From Intoshia linei (Eukaryota; Animalia; Orthonectida): a stretch of DNA of 36,321 bases. Numbering within the stretch: the first letter of the stretch is position 1; each line of letters opens with the position of its first letter. The notes beneath the pieces are model-generated. The model ran no database searches. It was not told where the DNA came from and was given only the letters and a program-made list of their open reading frames with translations. The position numbers were made by a program, and so were the translations under genes. Of the stretch, positions 26,401 to 36,321 are shown one piece after another. The stretch spans positions 1 through 36,321 of the forward strand of contig LWCA01000267.1 in the NCBI GenBank assembly GCA_001642005.1. Direction: 5' to 3'.

Positions 26401-29400
26401 TTTCATGAGGAAAATAAAAATATAGCCAGCGAGATATGAATAAGAGACGAAAAATATCTTATTAAATATTAAGAATGTACATGACATTAAGACATTAAAT
26501 TAAACATTAAGAATGTATATTATAAATACAGTGAGACTTGTTAATAGTGAAGTTAACTGATTATATAGAAAATAAACTTAGATTCATGGTTTATAGAAAA
26601 TGATCAAGAAAATATTTTAAAAATTTGGAATGTAAAAAACAGAATGAAAAGTAAAAAGAAAAACCAAGGCGATATTTCTAACTATATGATTAGAAAGAAG
26701 TGATGTATTAATTTTCTAATATAAATAAATTATTTTTCTTTTTTGTTCATTATTTTTTTACAGTGAACATTAAAAAAATTCGGAACCAAATGTTCACTAT
26801 CAACAAGTCTGACTGTATTATGAAAATCATTTTATCTGACGAAATGATCAAAATAATGGCTCGAAAATACTTACGAAGCTTTATGTAATTCTAAACAGTT
26901 GCAACAATGGTACACTGAAAATTATTTGAGTGGAACTAATAATATATTTAAATGGTGGTAGATGATATAATATCGGAAAAACTATCGAGACAATCCAAAA
27001 TAACGGATTATTTTTTTATATTAAAAAAGAAAAAATATAATTTTAATTAAAATATTTAATTTTACTTATCGTTAATATTTNAAAAATTAATGAATTATGA
27101 TAAATATTTAAAATAAATATAATTTTAATTTAATGTCATCACTATAGGAATTATACTTATATATTTACCTCATTTTTGCCCCAAAAGCGGAGTTAATTTC
27201 ACATATATTGCTATGCCATCGATATAAATACTATAAAATTAATATATTTCTGAAAAATTGCCCAAAACACGAGTATTCTCCAAAAACCGAGGTTTGCCCC
27301 AAAGCGGGATCGGACTGTATCACTATTTTTTTTTTTTATGTAATACAATATTAAAAAGGTATAAAAATAATAATAAAGAAAATTTTTTTATATGAATAGT
27401 CTGATTTGTATTCATTTTCCCAGAAATGACAGTATTTTTATAAAATTAATATATTTATAAATTGTTTGTTAAATTATACTGAAAATGTTACTAATTAATT
27501 TTTTTTCTTGAATAAATTTTACATTCATAAGGCAATCGACAGAAAGACTGATGGCTTGATTAAATCCATTTGCACCACCATATGAAATATCGACTAATTT
27601 CAAAATTTTGGATTGCAAACGCTAAAATACAAAAATAAAATATAAACTTAAAAAAGCATTATGATTTAAAATTCTAATACAGTAGTCGCTATTCATAAAA
27701 CTTTTTTGGGTGTTGTAATGTAAAATGTTGTTATACAATAATGTAAACGTTAATATTATGATCTTTATTATTATATTTTAAGAATTTCGCTTCATTTCGA
27801 TAATGTAATAAATTTAATTTTACAAAGTCAATAATGCACAATACAATTTAACAGTAAAAAATGTATTTTAGTTACTAAAAAATAGCTGCGTTACCTCTGA
27901 TGTGTTACTTATATAAATTGGCAAATTTTTAACGTACTAAATACGTACTAGTTACTTAGAAACCAAAATGAAAATAAATTAAAAATCTCAGTTGAAATTG
28001 AATTTGAAATTAATATTTATTTATACCACATTAGTATTTATCATTAGACATAAATCATTGTTATTTAGTATACAATTATAAAAATCAGAACAATTTTTTT
28101 GACTGTTTTGAAATATATTAATTACTAATTAAATTTGTTTTACTTTAAAATTGAAAGTTCAGTTTTGAATTTGAAAGATATTGATAAAGTGTGATTTTAA
28201 TTTAATTACAATTGAGAAAGTTTATTTCAAATAAAATGTAAATAAACATCTTTCTATACAAATTTTTTGCAAAACTACGTATATCTGGCCACTTTAATTT
28301 ATATGATGATTTAATTGTTGCACTAGGATGAAGTGATTTGTACTAAATGTGTTGTAATGGAAAGTATTGTTATGAATAGCGTCTACTGTAGTAAGATATC
28401 ATGAGTTTTAAAACCTTTAAAAAAGAGTTACCATTCAATAACTGTTATTGGATAAAAAACATTAAATCAAAAAAATAGTAAAAGTAAAAATTTACCACAT
28501 CAAAAAGACTACTTTGACTAAGTTCAGTTTTAAAATCTGCTGATCCAGCGAGTATAATTCCAGTTACATTACATTTGTCTCCATTGATAAAATGCTTAAC
28601 TGCACATTCTGCCACCTTTCTTAAGTAATTGTGTCTTTTCTCGGTTCGTAATCTTGAAAAACGAACAGCAGATTGCCCTCCACGGCCTATAAATTATAAA
28701 TAATTAATCAAAAAGTAAAAAAATATTACCATGTTTTTTAGGCAGATCTACATCAAAAGTTTGCAAAATATCCCGAGTGTTTCCACATAATGTGCCAAAT
28801 AAGGACGATTTCCCGTCAATTATAATAAACCCAAATCTGTTGTTATCCGTCAGTAATTCGCTAAGGGCCTAGTCAAATTTTTAAATTATAAGTATCGTTA
28901 AGATATGTTTACCTCGGTATGAAATTTGTTGTCACACAAATATAGAGATGTGTTGATGGGTTTATAGGGTTGGAAATCAAAGTTTACTTTTTTTACTTTT
29001 CCATCTTCAATCATGACACTACCACAATAAATTACTAATCCATTTTTTGGAACTAAAATCAAGGTTTAACATTAAATTGTCGTTATTTAATGAGATTTAT
29101 ATTTTAAACTATTAAACCTTTAGAATATAATTTTAGTTTTTGTTGGACAGAAGTAATGGCACCCAGAACAGATAATCGATTGACTCGACTTTTTATATTT
29201 GACGCCGTGCCATATTCTTCAGCCAGCATTTTTGAAAAACGTGTAATTTGATCTCGAGGTGGAATAATTAAAGATATCATGCTTGTACCATTACTACATT
29301 TTTGTTAGTTGCAATATGTTACCTTTATTTTACCCTCTAGCCATTTCCAATTTTTTGATCATTCTCTTCATTTTCCACATTTCAATGTTATCTTCTGAAG

Positions 29401-32400
29401 ATTCGGACATGTTAAAATTGTTTATATTTATAAAATTTTGAAATAGGTTGTTTTAATTTTGAAAAATGTTTATTTATAAAAGGTTACATTGGTAATAAAG
29501 TCAATGTTTTTTCGTTCAGTTGTAGTGTATATTTTTTACAATTTTTAATTGTGTAGTTTATTACATGTGGTCCTTTGAGTGGATATGAATCGTCCATTTA
29601 CTGTAAAGTATATGTAATCATAAACTAAAAATATGTAGATATATGTCTAGTACAAGATTCAGTGCAATTTAAAATTATCATTTTTTATTGATAATTATCA
29701 CTAAAAGCAAAAACAAATGACGTAGAATTGAATTTAAAGATACAAAGTGGATAACAAACAAGCCGACTAATACAAAAGTCACTAAAACCATAGCTACTGT
29801 ATCTTACATCATCGTGAAGTTACCACGATGATGTAAGTGTTATCGTTTATTTCAATAACTAAGAGTTTAAAATGTAATACATTAGTACAACACTTTTGAG
29901 GTGAAGAGTATTAAGAAAGTACCATTACAAAAATAGCCATATAAACGTCCAAACTTATTTTTTAATATTTAATGGAATAGAAACATACATTTAATGTGTT
30001 AAGGTAAATTAAATTATTAACTACTATATTATTATTAACTTATAATTTATAAGTAAATTTATCAACGTCAGCTGAACCCCTCAGTACTCCATAATTAAAC
30101 TTAACTATTTAGTGCTCGCGCAGTGTCCATTCTANGAGATATGAATAAGAGACGAAAAATATCTTATTAAATATTAAGAATGTACATGACATTAAGACAT
30201 TAAATTAAACATTAAGAATGTATATTATAAATACAGTGAGACTTGTTAATAGTGAAGTTAACTGATTATATAGAAAATAAACTTAGATTCATGGTTTATA
30301 GAAAATGATCAAGAAAATATTTTAAAAATTTGGAATGTAAAAAACAGAATGAAAAGTAAAAAGAAAAACCAAGGCGATATTTCTAACTATATGATTAGAA
30401 AGAAGTGATGTATTAATTTTCTAATATAAATAAATTATTTTTCTTTTTTGTTCATTATTTTTTTACAGTGAACATTAAAAAAATTCGGAACCAAATGTTC
30501 ACTATCAACAAGTCTGACTGTATTATGAAAATCATTTTATCTGACGAAATGATCAAAATAATGGCTCGAAAATACTTACGAAGCTTTATGTAATTCTAAA
30601 CAGTTGCAACAATGGTACACTGAAAATTATTTGAGTGGAACTAATAATATATTTAAATGGTGGTAGATGATATAATATCGGAAAAACTATCGAGACAATC
30701 CAAAATAACGGATTATTTTTTTATATTAAAAAAGAAAAAATATAATTTTAATTAAAATATTTAATTTTACTTATCGTTAATATTTTCAAAAATGTATAAA
30801 CAATATTTTGATTCAATCACACTTTGTAATAACGCTTCTTTAGTGACAAAATTAGCAATAATATTTTAAGGGTAATAAAATGTTCACTATAAACCAGTTT
30901 TACCAACTATGACATGCGATTCTAAAACACGCTCTCTTTTCATTTTGTGTATTGAATTAGATTGCTTTATACAACCATAAAATTCCATTTAGTTTTCAAA
31001 ATGTCAGTCGGTATACTTATCAAGCCTTACTTCCTTGTTAATTTATTCCTTTAACTAATGATTAAACCAACTAATATCACAATATGTAAAAAAGATTGAG
31101 AAACATTGCTTTAAATTAAAGCCTCTAGTATAAAATGTAATGATAAATAATTTTTTTAAATATTTTTTATATAAATTTCAAGTGATTTTAAATATGAAAA
31201 ACAAGCATATGAAAATAAATAAACTTTTTATTAAAAAAATCAAAATAAAACGATAAAGTGTGAAACCGTTAATAAATAGAATATTCTTAAATCCATTCAT
31301 TTTCATTCAAAAAATTCTTTTTCACAAACCTTTAAGAAAAAACTTATTTTTACCAACTTTTTAGGAAAAAATATAGTTTTACTAACACTACAAGGAAAAA
31401 ATTAGTTTTACCAACACTTAAGTGAAAATTCATTTTTTACCAACCTTATGGGAAAAATTCAGTTTTATTACCTTACTATCTACTTACATCTGTGGATGGA
31501 TTTGAAATTCAACCACACCACTCTTATTTATTTTTAAAACGAATTTGATCGAGCTCTAAGCATCATACAAAATTTTAATAGAAAAAAATATATATCATTT
31601 GCATAAACAATGTATATTATTTTCCTTAGTGTACTTTTCATTAAATGAGAATTTGATTCATATATAGTATAAATTACAAAAATATATTGAAGTAATCTAG
31701 AAATTTAATTTGTTCCTGTAATAGTTCTGTAATGCATTTAACAATGTATTTATTATTTGTTGAAACATCAACAAATATGGCTATCTTCTTGCTTTCTATA
31801 ATTCCAAATACTTTACGTGATGTCGAATTTGTCCAACGTATTCTGTTTTTATATAGATTGATCAAAATCTCTACATCTTGTAAAAATACCGAAATTCTGG
31901 ATTTGAATGAGTAAATCTGTTTTAATTATAATTTATATGATATTAAACTTAAAATATAATTGTATAATCGTGATTCTGAATCGGAATCGAATTTACCCTG
32001 ATGAGCAATTACACTTTTTTATCAAAATATAATTAAATATTCATACAATGTAGAGTCTACATTGTAGACATGTGTTGTTACTTTATGTATTATGTCACTC
32101 ATATTGTAACAGTTAAAATGATACAAAAAATCTCAGTAGTGTTCATTCACATATTACCGAAAAAACTGAACAATGTGTAGTGAAGTACAATAAGCAGTAA
32201 TAATAATATACATTAATGGATTGTCCATTGACCTTTAGATATTTTTGAAATATTTTATGCCCATATCGAGAACACACCATTTTATTCAACTTTGCATCGT
32301 AGCCTAAGAAAATTTGGTCATTTTTTAAAAGTTGTTAATATTAATAAATAAATGTTATAGACATGTACATTAGGGTGTCACAAACATCAAAGAATTAAGG

Positions 32401-33214
32401 GCGATTAGTGCGGAAATGGTATATTATCATGATATATATAATAATCTAGAATGGGGTGTTGCAAATATGCCAATTCGAGTTGAGCTCAAGAAAAAATTAA
32501 ACGAAGATCTCAATTTTTTTATAAAATTTAAATTGAATTTCAATTTATTTTATTCAAATTTTTATCAATTTTAAACAATGATTGTCTTGATGTGTCGCAA
32601 TTGATTACAAATATACTACTATTGCTATCAAAATAGTATTATACATTGAAAACGTTTATAAACATTATTGCATAAATAACCGAAATTTGAACGTCGATAA
32701 AAACCACAAAAATCGAACTAGAATCAAATTTTAAAAATTGAAATATATAGTTAACCGTGGGTGTTGAGACGATATAATATAAACCATGACAACATACAAA
32801 AATGTTTTTGTTGTGAAAAATAAAGTTACATTTAAATTTTTCTATACTATTTTCAAAAGTATATTTAAAATGATGAGCGCAACTCGGATATCTATCATTA
32901 GATATTTTTAATTGCGACATAGTGCTTCTATTTTAAAAATACACACATTGATTACTAATCGCCCTTTAAATTTTAAAAATTTAAAAAAAATGTGACACCC
33001 TAATGTATATGGTACATGTATTAGATTATTAATTTCAATGATACCGTTAATATGTTTAAATCCAATATTTTTTAAAATTTGATTCATTGTCAAATTATTG
33101 TAATTTAAACTATTTAATTTTAGCCATGATCGATTTGATACAATTTTACATACTTTAGCGGTAAATCGTGTCTTTATTTTATCTGTACAATTGTTTGCAG
33201 TTTGTGAACATGAT
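14435..33214 (-). CDS. VWA3B: von Willebrand factor A domain-containing protein 3B-like (two VWA domains plus C-terminal Tudor-like/DUF4537 repeats); first and last exons not resolved
   Basis: Phase-consistent exons: 33045-33214, 32212-32303, 31678-31916, 23347-23515, 22609-22680, 20587-20687, 16231-20243, 14435-14684. Repeated VWA3-type blocks (SWLKLNSL...ILKNIGFKH / [13 protein letters not shown]; [16 protein letters not shown] / [16 protein letters not shown]), [14 protein letters not shown]...GTTN...LLTDGRP, and [14 protein letters not shown]-type repeats. Confidence 0.88.
15868..16074 (+). pseudogene. Possible hAT transposase fragment
   Basis: [24 protein letters not shown] loosely resembles the (F/Y)SLxLDESTD catalytic block of Buster-type hATs. 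Intronic and antisense to VWA3B. Confidence 0.3.
16231..20243 (-). CDS. VWA3B: Large internal exon (4013 nt) of the VWA3B-like gene
   Basis: Overlaps the 1323-aa ORF of the track. AG acceptor at 20244-20245 and GT donor at 16229-16230, in phase with the flanking exons. Confidence 0.9.
20290..20372 (+). repeat. 5' end fragment of Helitron-like repeat family
   Basis: A|TCCTTACTTATATAAAATGC...TGTCTGTGTGTGTTATCGTTTATTTCAATAACT. Confidence 0.65.
20460..20502. repeat. Terminal fragment related to the Buster/Charlie element
   Basis: CAGCGCCCCTAGGTGGGTGCTA...AATCACTG resembles 9151-9194 (CAGCGCCCCCAAGTGGGCGCTA...AAACACTG). Confidence 0.55.
20719..22408 (+). mobile_element. Helitron-like non-autonomous element, both ends present, with nested insertions
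   Basis: 5' TCTTACTTATATAATAT. 3' GC-rich imperfect palindrome (GTGCCCGCGGCAGAACTAGGTGC) followed by GTACGTAG|T. No TIR or TSD seen. Confidence 0.55.
21617..22101. mobile_element. hAT MITE
   Basis: TIRs TAGGGCGG and a perfect 8-bp TSD GTCATCAC (21609-21616, 22102-22109). Confidence 0.92.
23979..25813 (+). mobile_element. hAT transposon, near full-length and decayed
   Basis: TIRs TAGGGCAAGT and arrays of subterminal A(A/G)GTCA motifs at both ends. TSD degenerate (AAAGTTAT/GTAATTAT). Confidence 0.88.
24333..25685 (+). pseudogene. hAT transposase pseudogene with N-terminal zinc finger (CGGBP1-like hAT group)
   Basis: [10 protein letters not shown]...ESHRKC zinc finger; FFIIDESD; LLSDSASY; YIAHLLHN; [10 protein letters not shown]; [13 protein letters not shown]. 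Several frameshifts and stops. Confidence 0.88.
26431..27080 (+). repeat. 650-bp direct repeat, copy 1 (ends at N 27081)
   Basis: Appears identical by eye to 30136-30785. Confidence 0.93.
26529..26815. mobile_element. Tigger-type MITE (second copy 30234-30520 within the duplicated block)
   Basis: TIRs CAGT(G/C)AGACTTGTT(A/G)ATAGTGAA with TA flanks. Confidence 0.82.
27492..29410 (-). CDS. ETF1: Eukaryotic peptide chain release factor subunit 1 (eRF1), first 6 coding exons; C-terminal exons not found in window
   Basis: Exons 29334-29410, 29118-29293, 28913-29052, 28730-28868, 28496-28686, 27492-27621. Translation: [38 protein letters not shown]...[21 protein letters not shown]...[10 protein letters not shown]...[13 protein letters not shown]...[11 protein letters not shown]...[15 protein letters not shown]. 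Missed by the ORF track because the exons are short. Confidence 0.97.
27680..28388. mobile_element. pogo/Tc1-type MITE in eRF1 intron 5
   Basis: TIRs CAGTAG(T/A)CGCTATTCATAA with TA flanks. It accounts for 709 of the 874 nt of this intron. Confidence 0.9.
29803..29837. other. Perfect 14-bp inverted repeat (hairpin)
   Basis: CTTACATCATCGTG-aagttac-CACGATGATGTAAG. Confidence 0.9.
30136..30785 (+). repeat. 650-bp direct repeat, copy 2 (starts after N 30135)
   Basis: Appears identical by eye to 26431-27080. Confidence 0.93.
30912..31470. repeat. Dispersed repeat with a degenerate ~30-bp tandem array (inverted relative at about 7230-7405)
   Basis: ATGCGATTCTAAAACACGCTCT... matches 7235-7320 inverted. 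About five TTTTACCAAC...GGAAAAA units at 31322-31468. Confidence 0.7.
32371..33002. mobile_element. hAT non-autonomous element
   Basis: TIRs TAGGGTGTCACA; TSD ATGTACAT/ATGTATAT (7 of 8 match). Confidence 0.88.
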
Positions 33215-33274
33215 CTATAAAATATTTATCAATATACTAGAAAAATTTCTATATATAGACTAGCATTGATATAA

Positions 33275-33995
33275 TTAAGAGTGGTCAAACCTCAAGGAAA
33301 AATGTATTTATTGAACGCTTTAAAATGTATCAAAATTGGGACATCATTTTTTTTAAATACTTGTTTATTAACAATATATTTTTAATTTTTATATTTCATG
33401 TCAAGTTTATATCGCTATCATTCAGGTCAAAAATTCTTGTCGCGGTCAGCATGCGTTCCATGAACCTAATTTTGGTCCAGTATTTTAGTTAGTGACTTAC
33501 TTTGTTTGATAAAATTGGCAGTTTGGCAAATACGTAGAATGACACACTTTTTTTTGTAACTCAATAAATTTTATAAATAAAAATGTAATTTATTTTACAA
33601 TTTGTTAACAAATTCAAATAATTTAATTAAGGGAAATTTTATTTCTAGGTAACATAAAATACGTATTTTCTACGTATAAAATATGGCCACACTACCTTAT
33701 TAGACAAAAAGAATGTTTCATACATTGTTTACATTTTAAAATATTAAAAATATACAATTTTTTTATTTAAAAAGAATAAAAGTAGAAATATTTTATCTGA
33801 TGCGTAAAAATAAGCAGTTAATCATCTACTGAAATGTTGATACTTAAATATTTGAAATAAGCAATCAAATTTATAAGCTAAAATAGCATGTCATTAATTT
33901 AAATTTTTTCATTTGTATTCATGAAATATGTGCAGCCCACGATATATTAATACATGTTCATGCGGCCCGCATAGCAAAAAGTTTGCGCATCCTTG
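33275..33995. mobile_element. Decayed hAT (Charlie-type) non-autonomous element
   Basis: Right end TGCGGCCCGC...GTTTGCGCATCCTTG resembles the right end of 9654-10417. Left end is degenerate. Confidence 0.45.
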
Positions 33996-34229
33996 ACTTA
34001 GACTGTACTGTAAATGTAAATATAAAGAATATGAAAATCCATAATTTATGAACAGCACTTTCTAACTTGCTTACCGTGACCCTCATAGAGGGTCCCGACG
34101 AAATTTTTGTAAAATGGGGCTTTATTTTTATTTAAATTAAATTGAGCATTAAAAGAATTACATTCTTCAATATCATCTATTTTGTGTGTTAAATTTAAAA
34201 TGTCATGTCAAGAGTATTAGAGAGGTGGG

Positions 34230-34600
34230 TAGGGCTAAATGACACTACGCATCGTTTGTGAAGGTTAATTTTATGGGTCTATTTTTCATTTTCGGGTGGT
34301 CTCGAGCTGGAAAGACTCCGCTCTGATGGACAGTTTAAATTGAACATTTCCGCTCTTTATAGAGCAAACTAATTTTGTAACAAAATACTCTTCTGAAATA
34401 ATATAATTGTAAAAGGCAAAAAGGGAGAAAATATTATCGATATGTGACAGATGATTTAAAAAGGGAAGAAAGTTTAAAAACTTGAAAATTTTCCATCTGT
34501 TCATTAGGATTGTATTGTTTGATTTGTCACAAAAATAATATTTTTATTAAAATTGTCATGGTATGACATGTTAAATGACACATAACATTCTGTTTCATTT
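34230..34600 (-). mobile_element. hAT 3' remnant
   Basis: TAGGGCT terminus at 34230. A minus-strand frame reads PSERSLSS, resembling the hAT dimerisation motif SERxFS. Confidence 0.4.
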
Positions 34601-36321
34601 ATCATTTACAATTAAATTAAGCATAACATGTATAATAAATGATTTATTGTGAAACAAAAAAACTTAAATTTCAAAATTCATATATTATTCTTAATTGTAA
34701 ATGTAATAACATGAATAAAATTTTGAGAATAATGAATGTATGGAAAATATGTAAAAATACCATAAAAAATATTAATTTACAAAACAAACACAATTCATAA
34801 ATAATTTTTTTATTATAATTATCTCTGATTAATTACATAAAAAAAATTCATATAATATTATATATGAAATTCACTGCATGATAGAATGTAACATATTGTA
34901 AAAAAAATTATGCTCCTGTAAAGATAAGAGAAGCATTTCAATTTCTAAAGTGAATATAACACCAACCACCCACCTAAGAGTAACATTGGTTTATGCAATG
35001 CTTTGTTGTATACATTTATCCATATTTACACATATGATATTAATGTAAGTAATATATTATCTATTACGCTATAACATCCCACTCACTTTTCTTATTTCGA
35101 AACTAATCAATATCAAAAAACTATTCAACACGATCGATATATTCTGAGATGTTGAAGTAATAATTTTAATTATATTTGAAGGCAACACCGAACACTAACC
35201 TGGTTAAACACAAATGTAATTAACAGTTCGAAAGCTGAAATTAGTCATTAAAGATGTTTTAAATATTACTATACATGTACAATGTACATTGCACATATAT
35301 CAATATATGTTATCACAATATTCATATGTATGTGTCGTAACGTTCATATAGACATATACAATAGGAAATACAATATGGAAATGAGACAAATTGAAAGACC
35401 CTATTAATTATGCTACAAAAGTAAATATTCATAACAATAATGACGTGTTTATACTTTAGTGAAGGATACAATATCAACTACTAAAATTATCATTTTATAA
35501 TTTCCTATTCACCTATTGAACAAATTTAAAGAAAGTGTGTATATTTGGTGATATTGTACTGTTCGTTTTCCGACTACTAATTTATCGATTAATTGAAATT
35601 GATTTAAATAATATGCAAATTAATACATTGAAATACGTACATGAAATTATAATTAAAATTTCATTATGCAATAAAGAAAATAAAAAATCGATAAATAATA
35701 TACATGTAATGATTATTAGTTTTACAAATAAAAAAATCAACTAACTAACAAATTAACGAATTGACGAATAAAAAATTAATTATTACATTCATGTATTCAT
35801 CAAATATATTTTATGTTAATTAATCAAAATATCTTATATACAGCTATTTATCTTTGTCAAAACAATGTGTGAAAAATTTTGGATAATCCCTTAAAAAGAA
35901 TATCAAAAATTATTATACATTAAATGAAGTTGATTTTCAACAAAACAGTCCCTGACAGGGATTAATCTAACTTAAATTAATTTGACAATCACGCAAGCAT
36001 ACGGGAATTTTAATTTAATAATATTTCACCAAATTTATTGTTTATTAATTTTCCATTAAATTGAAATCACGCATTGTTCAAGGCATTGTAAAATATAAAA
36101 AACTAGGTTGACTGTTATGTACTACGTACAAACATGACCTAGCTCTACTGAGAGCATATTTTTATTATACTTAAAAAATAAATTCACGTTGAAAATCTAA
36201 TTTAAAAATCCTACTATTCACTATTATCAATTATTTAAACAAGTGGTTCCCAAATTTGAGTCAGGTAGAACCATCATATCACATTACTTTTTACTTTGAA
36301 GTGAATTATTCCATCTTAATT

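Larger units (their letters stand above)
26145..30906 (+). mobile_element. Deleted Tigger derivative whose two ends lie on opposite sides of the N-bounded eRF1 block
   Basis: Left end TAGTGAAAATCTTGATTAATTAACATT, right end AATGTTCACTATAAACCAGTTTTACC. Short transposase start [26 protein letters not shown] at 26344. Confidence 0.5.

Noticed and set aside
26870-26990. Possible extra VWA3B exon inside the duplicated block
   Set aside because: The flanking exons already join in phase and give a continuous VWA domain, and the phase-compatible frames here contain stops.
28496-29410. Variant eRF1 indicating stop-codon reassignment
   Set aside because: GTS, TASNIKS, YLCDNKF and GGQ motifs are canonical, and all host exons, including the 4-kb one, translate without internal stops in the standard code.
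26431-30785. LTR retrotransposon or gene-capturing composite element around eRF1
   Set aside because: The repeats lack TG...CA ends and a TSD, and they terminate exactly at Ns. Contig overlap explains them better.
31322-31468. CRISPR-like array
   Set aside because: Degenerate head-to-tail units with no unique spacers, eukaryotic context, and no cas genes.
23522-35708. Recurrent TACATGTA octamer (23522, 33013, 35272, 35701)
   Set aside because: Only four copies noticed, too few to distinguish from chance at this AT content without a genome-wide count.
1-36321. tRNA, rRNA, snRNA or spliced-leader genes
   Set aside because: None recognised by eye. tRNAscan-SE or an Infernal/Rfam search would be needed to exclude divergent ones.

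Overview
Very AT-rich eukaryotic (animal-like) genomic DNA with GT-AG introns; no prokaryotic features. Three spliced genes can be reconstructed by hand, all on the minus strand. (1) The 5' part of DNA topoisomerase III alpha (TOP3A): 9 exons, 12611->2620, continuing beyond the left edge. (2) A VWA3B-like gene: at least 8 exons, 33214->14435, including one 4013-nt exon. (3) The first six coding exons of release factor eRF1/ETF1 (29410->27492), lying inside a VWA3B intron as assembled. The eRF1 block is bounded by single Ns (27081, 30135) and flanked by an apparently identical 650-bp duplication, so the nesting is probably a scaffolding artefact. Introns are either tiny (37-44 nt) or inflated by decayed, often nested DNA transposons: pogo/Tigger and MITEs, several hAT families, piggyBac, and a Helitron-like non-autonomous family. 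Base composition, micro-introns and a cilia-associated gene suggest a compact-genome ciliated invertebrate such as an orthonectid; this is inference only. I found no clearly new biological system. The best leads are structural or evolutionary. All coordinates were counted by eye and may be off by a few bases.
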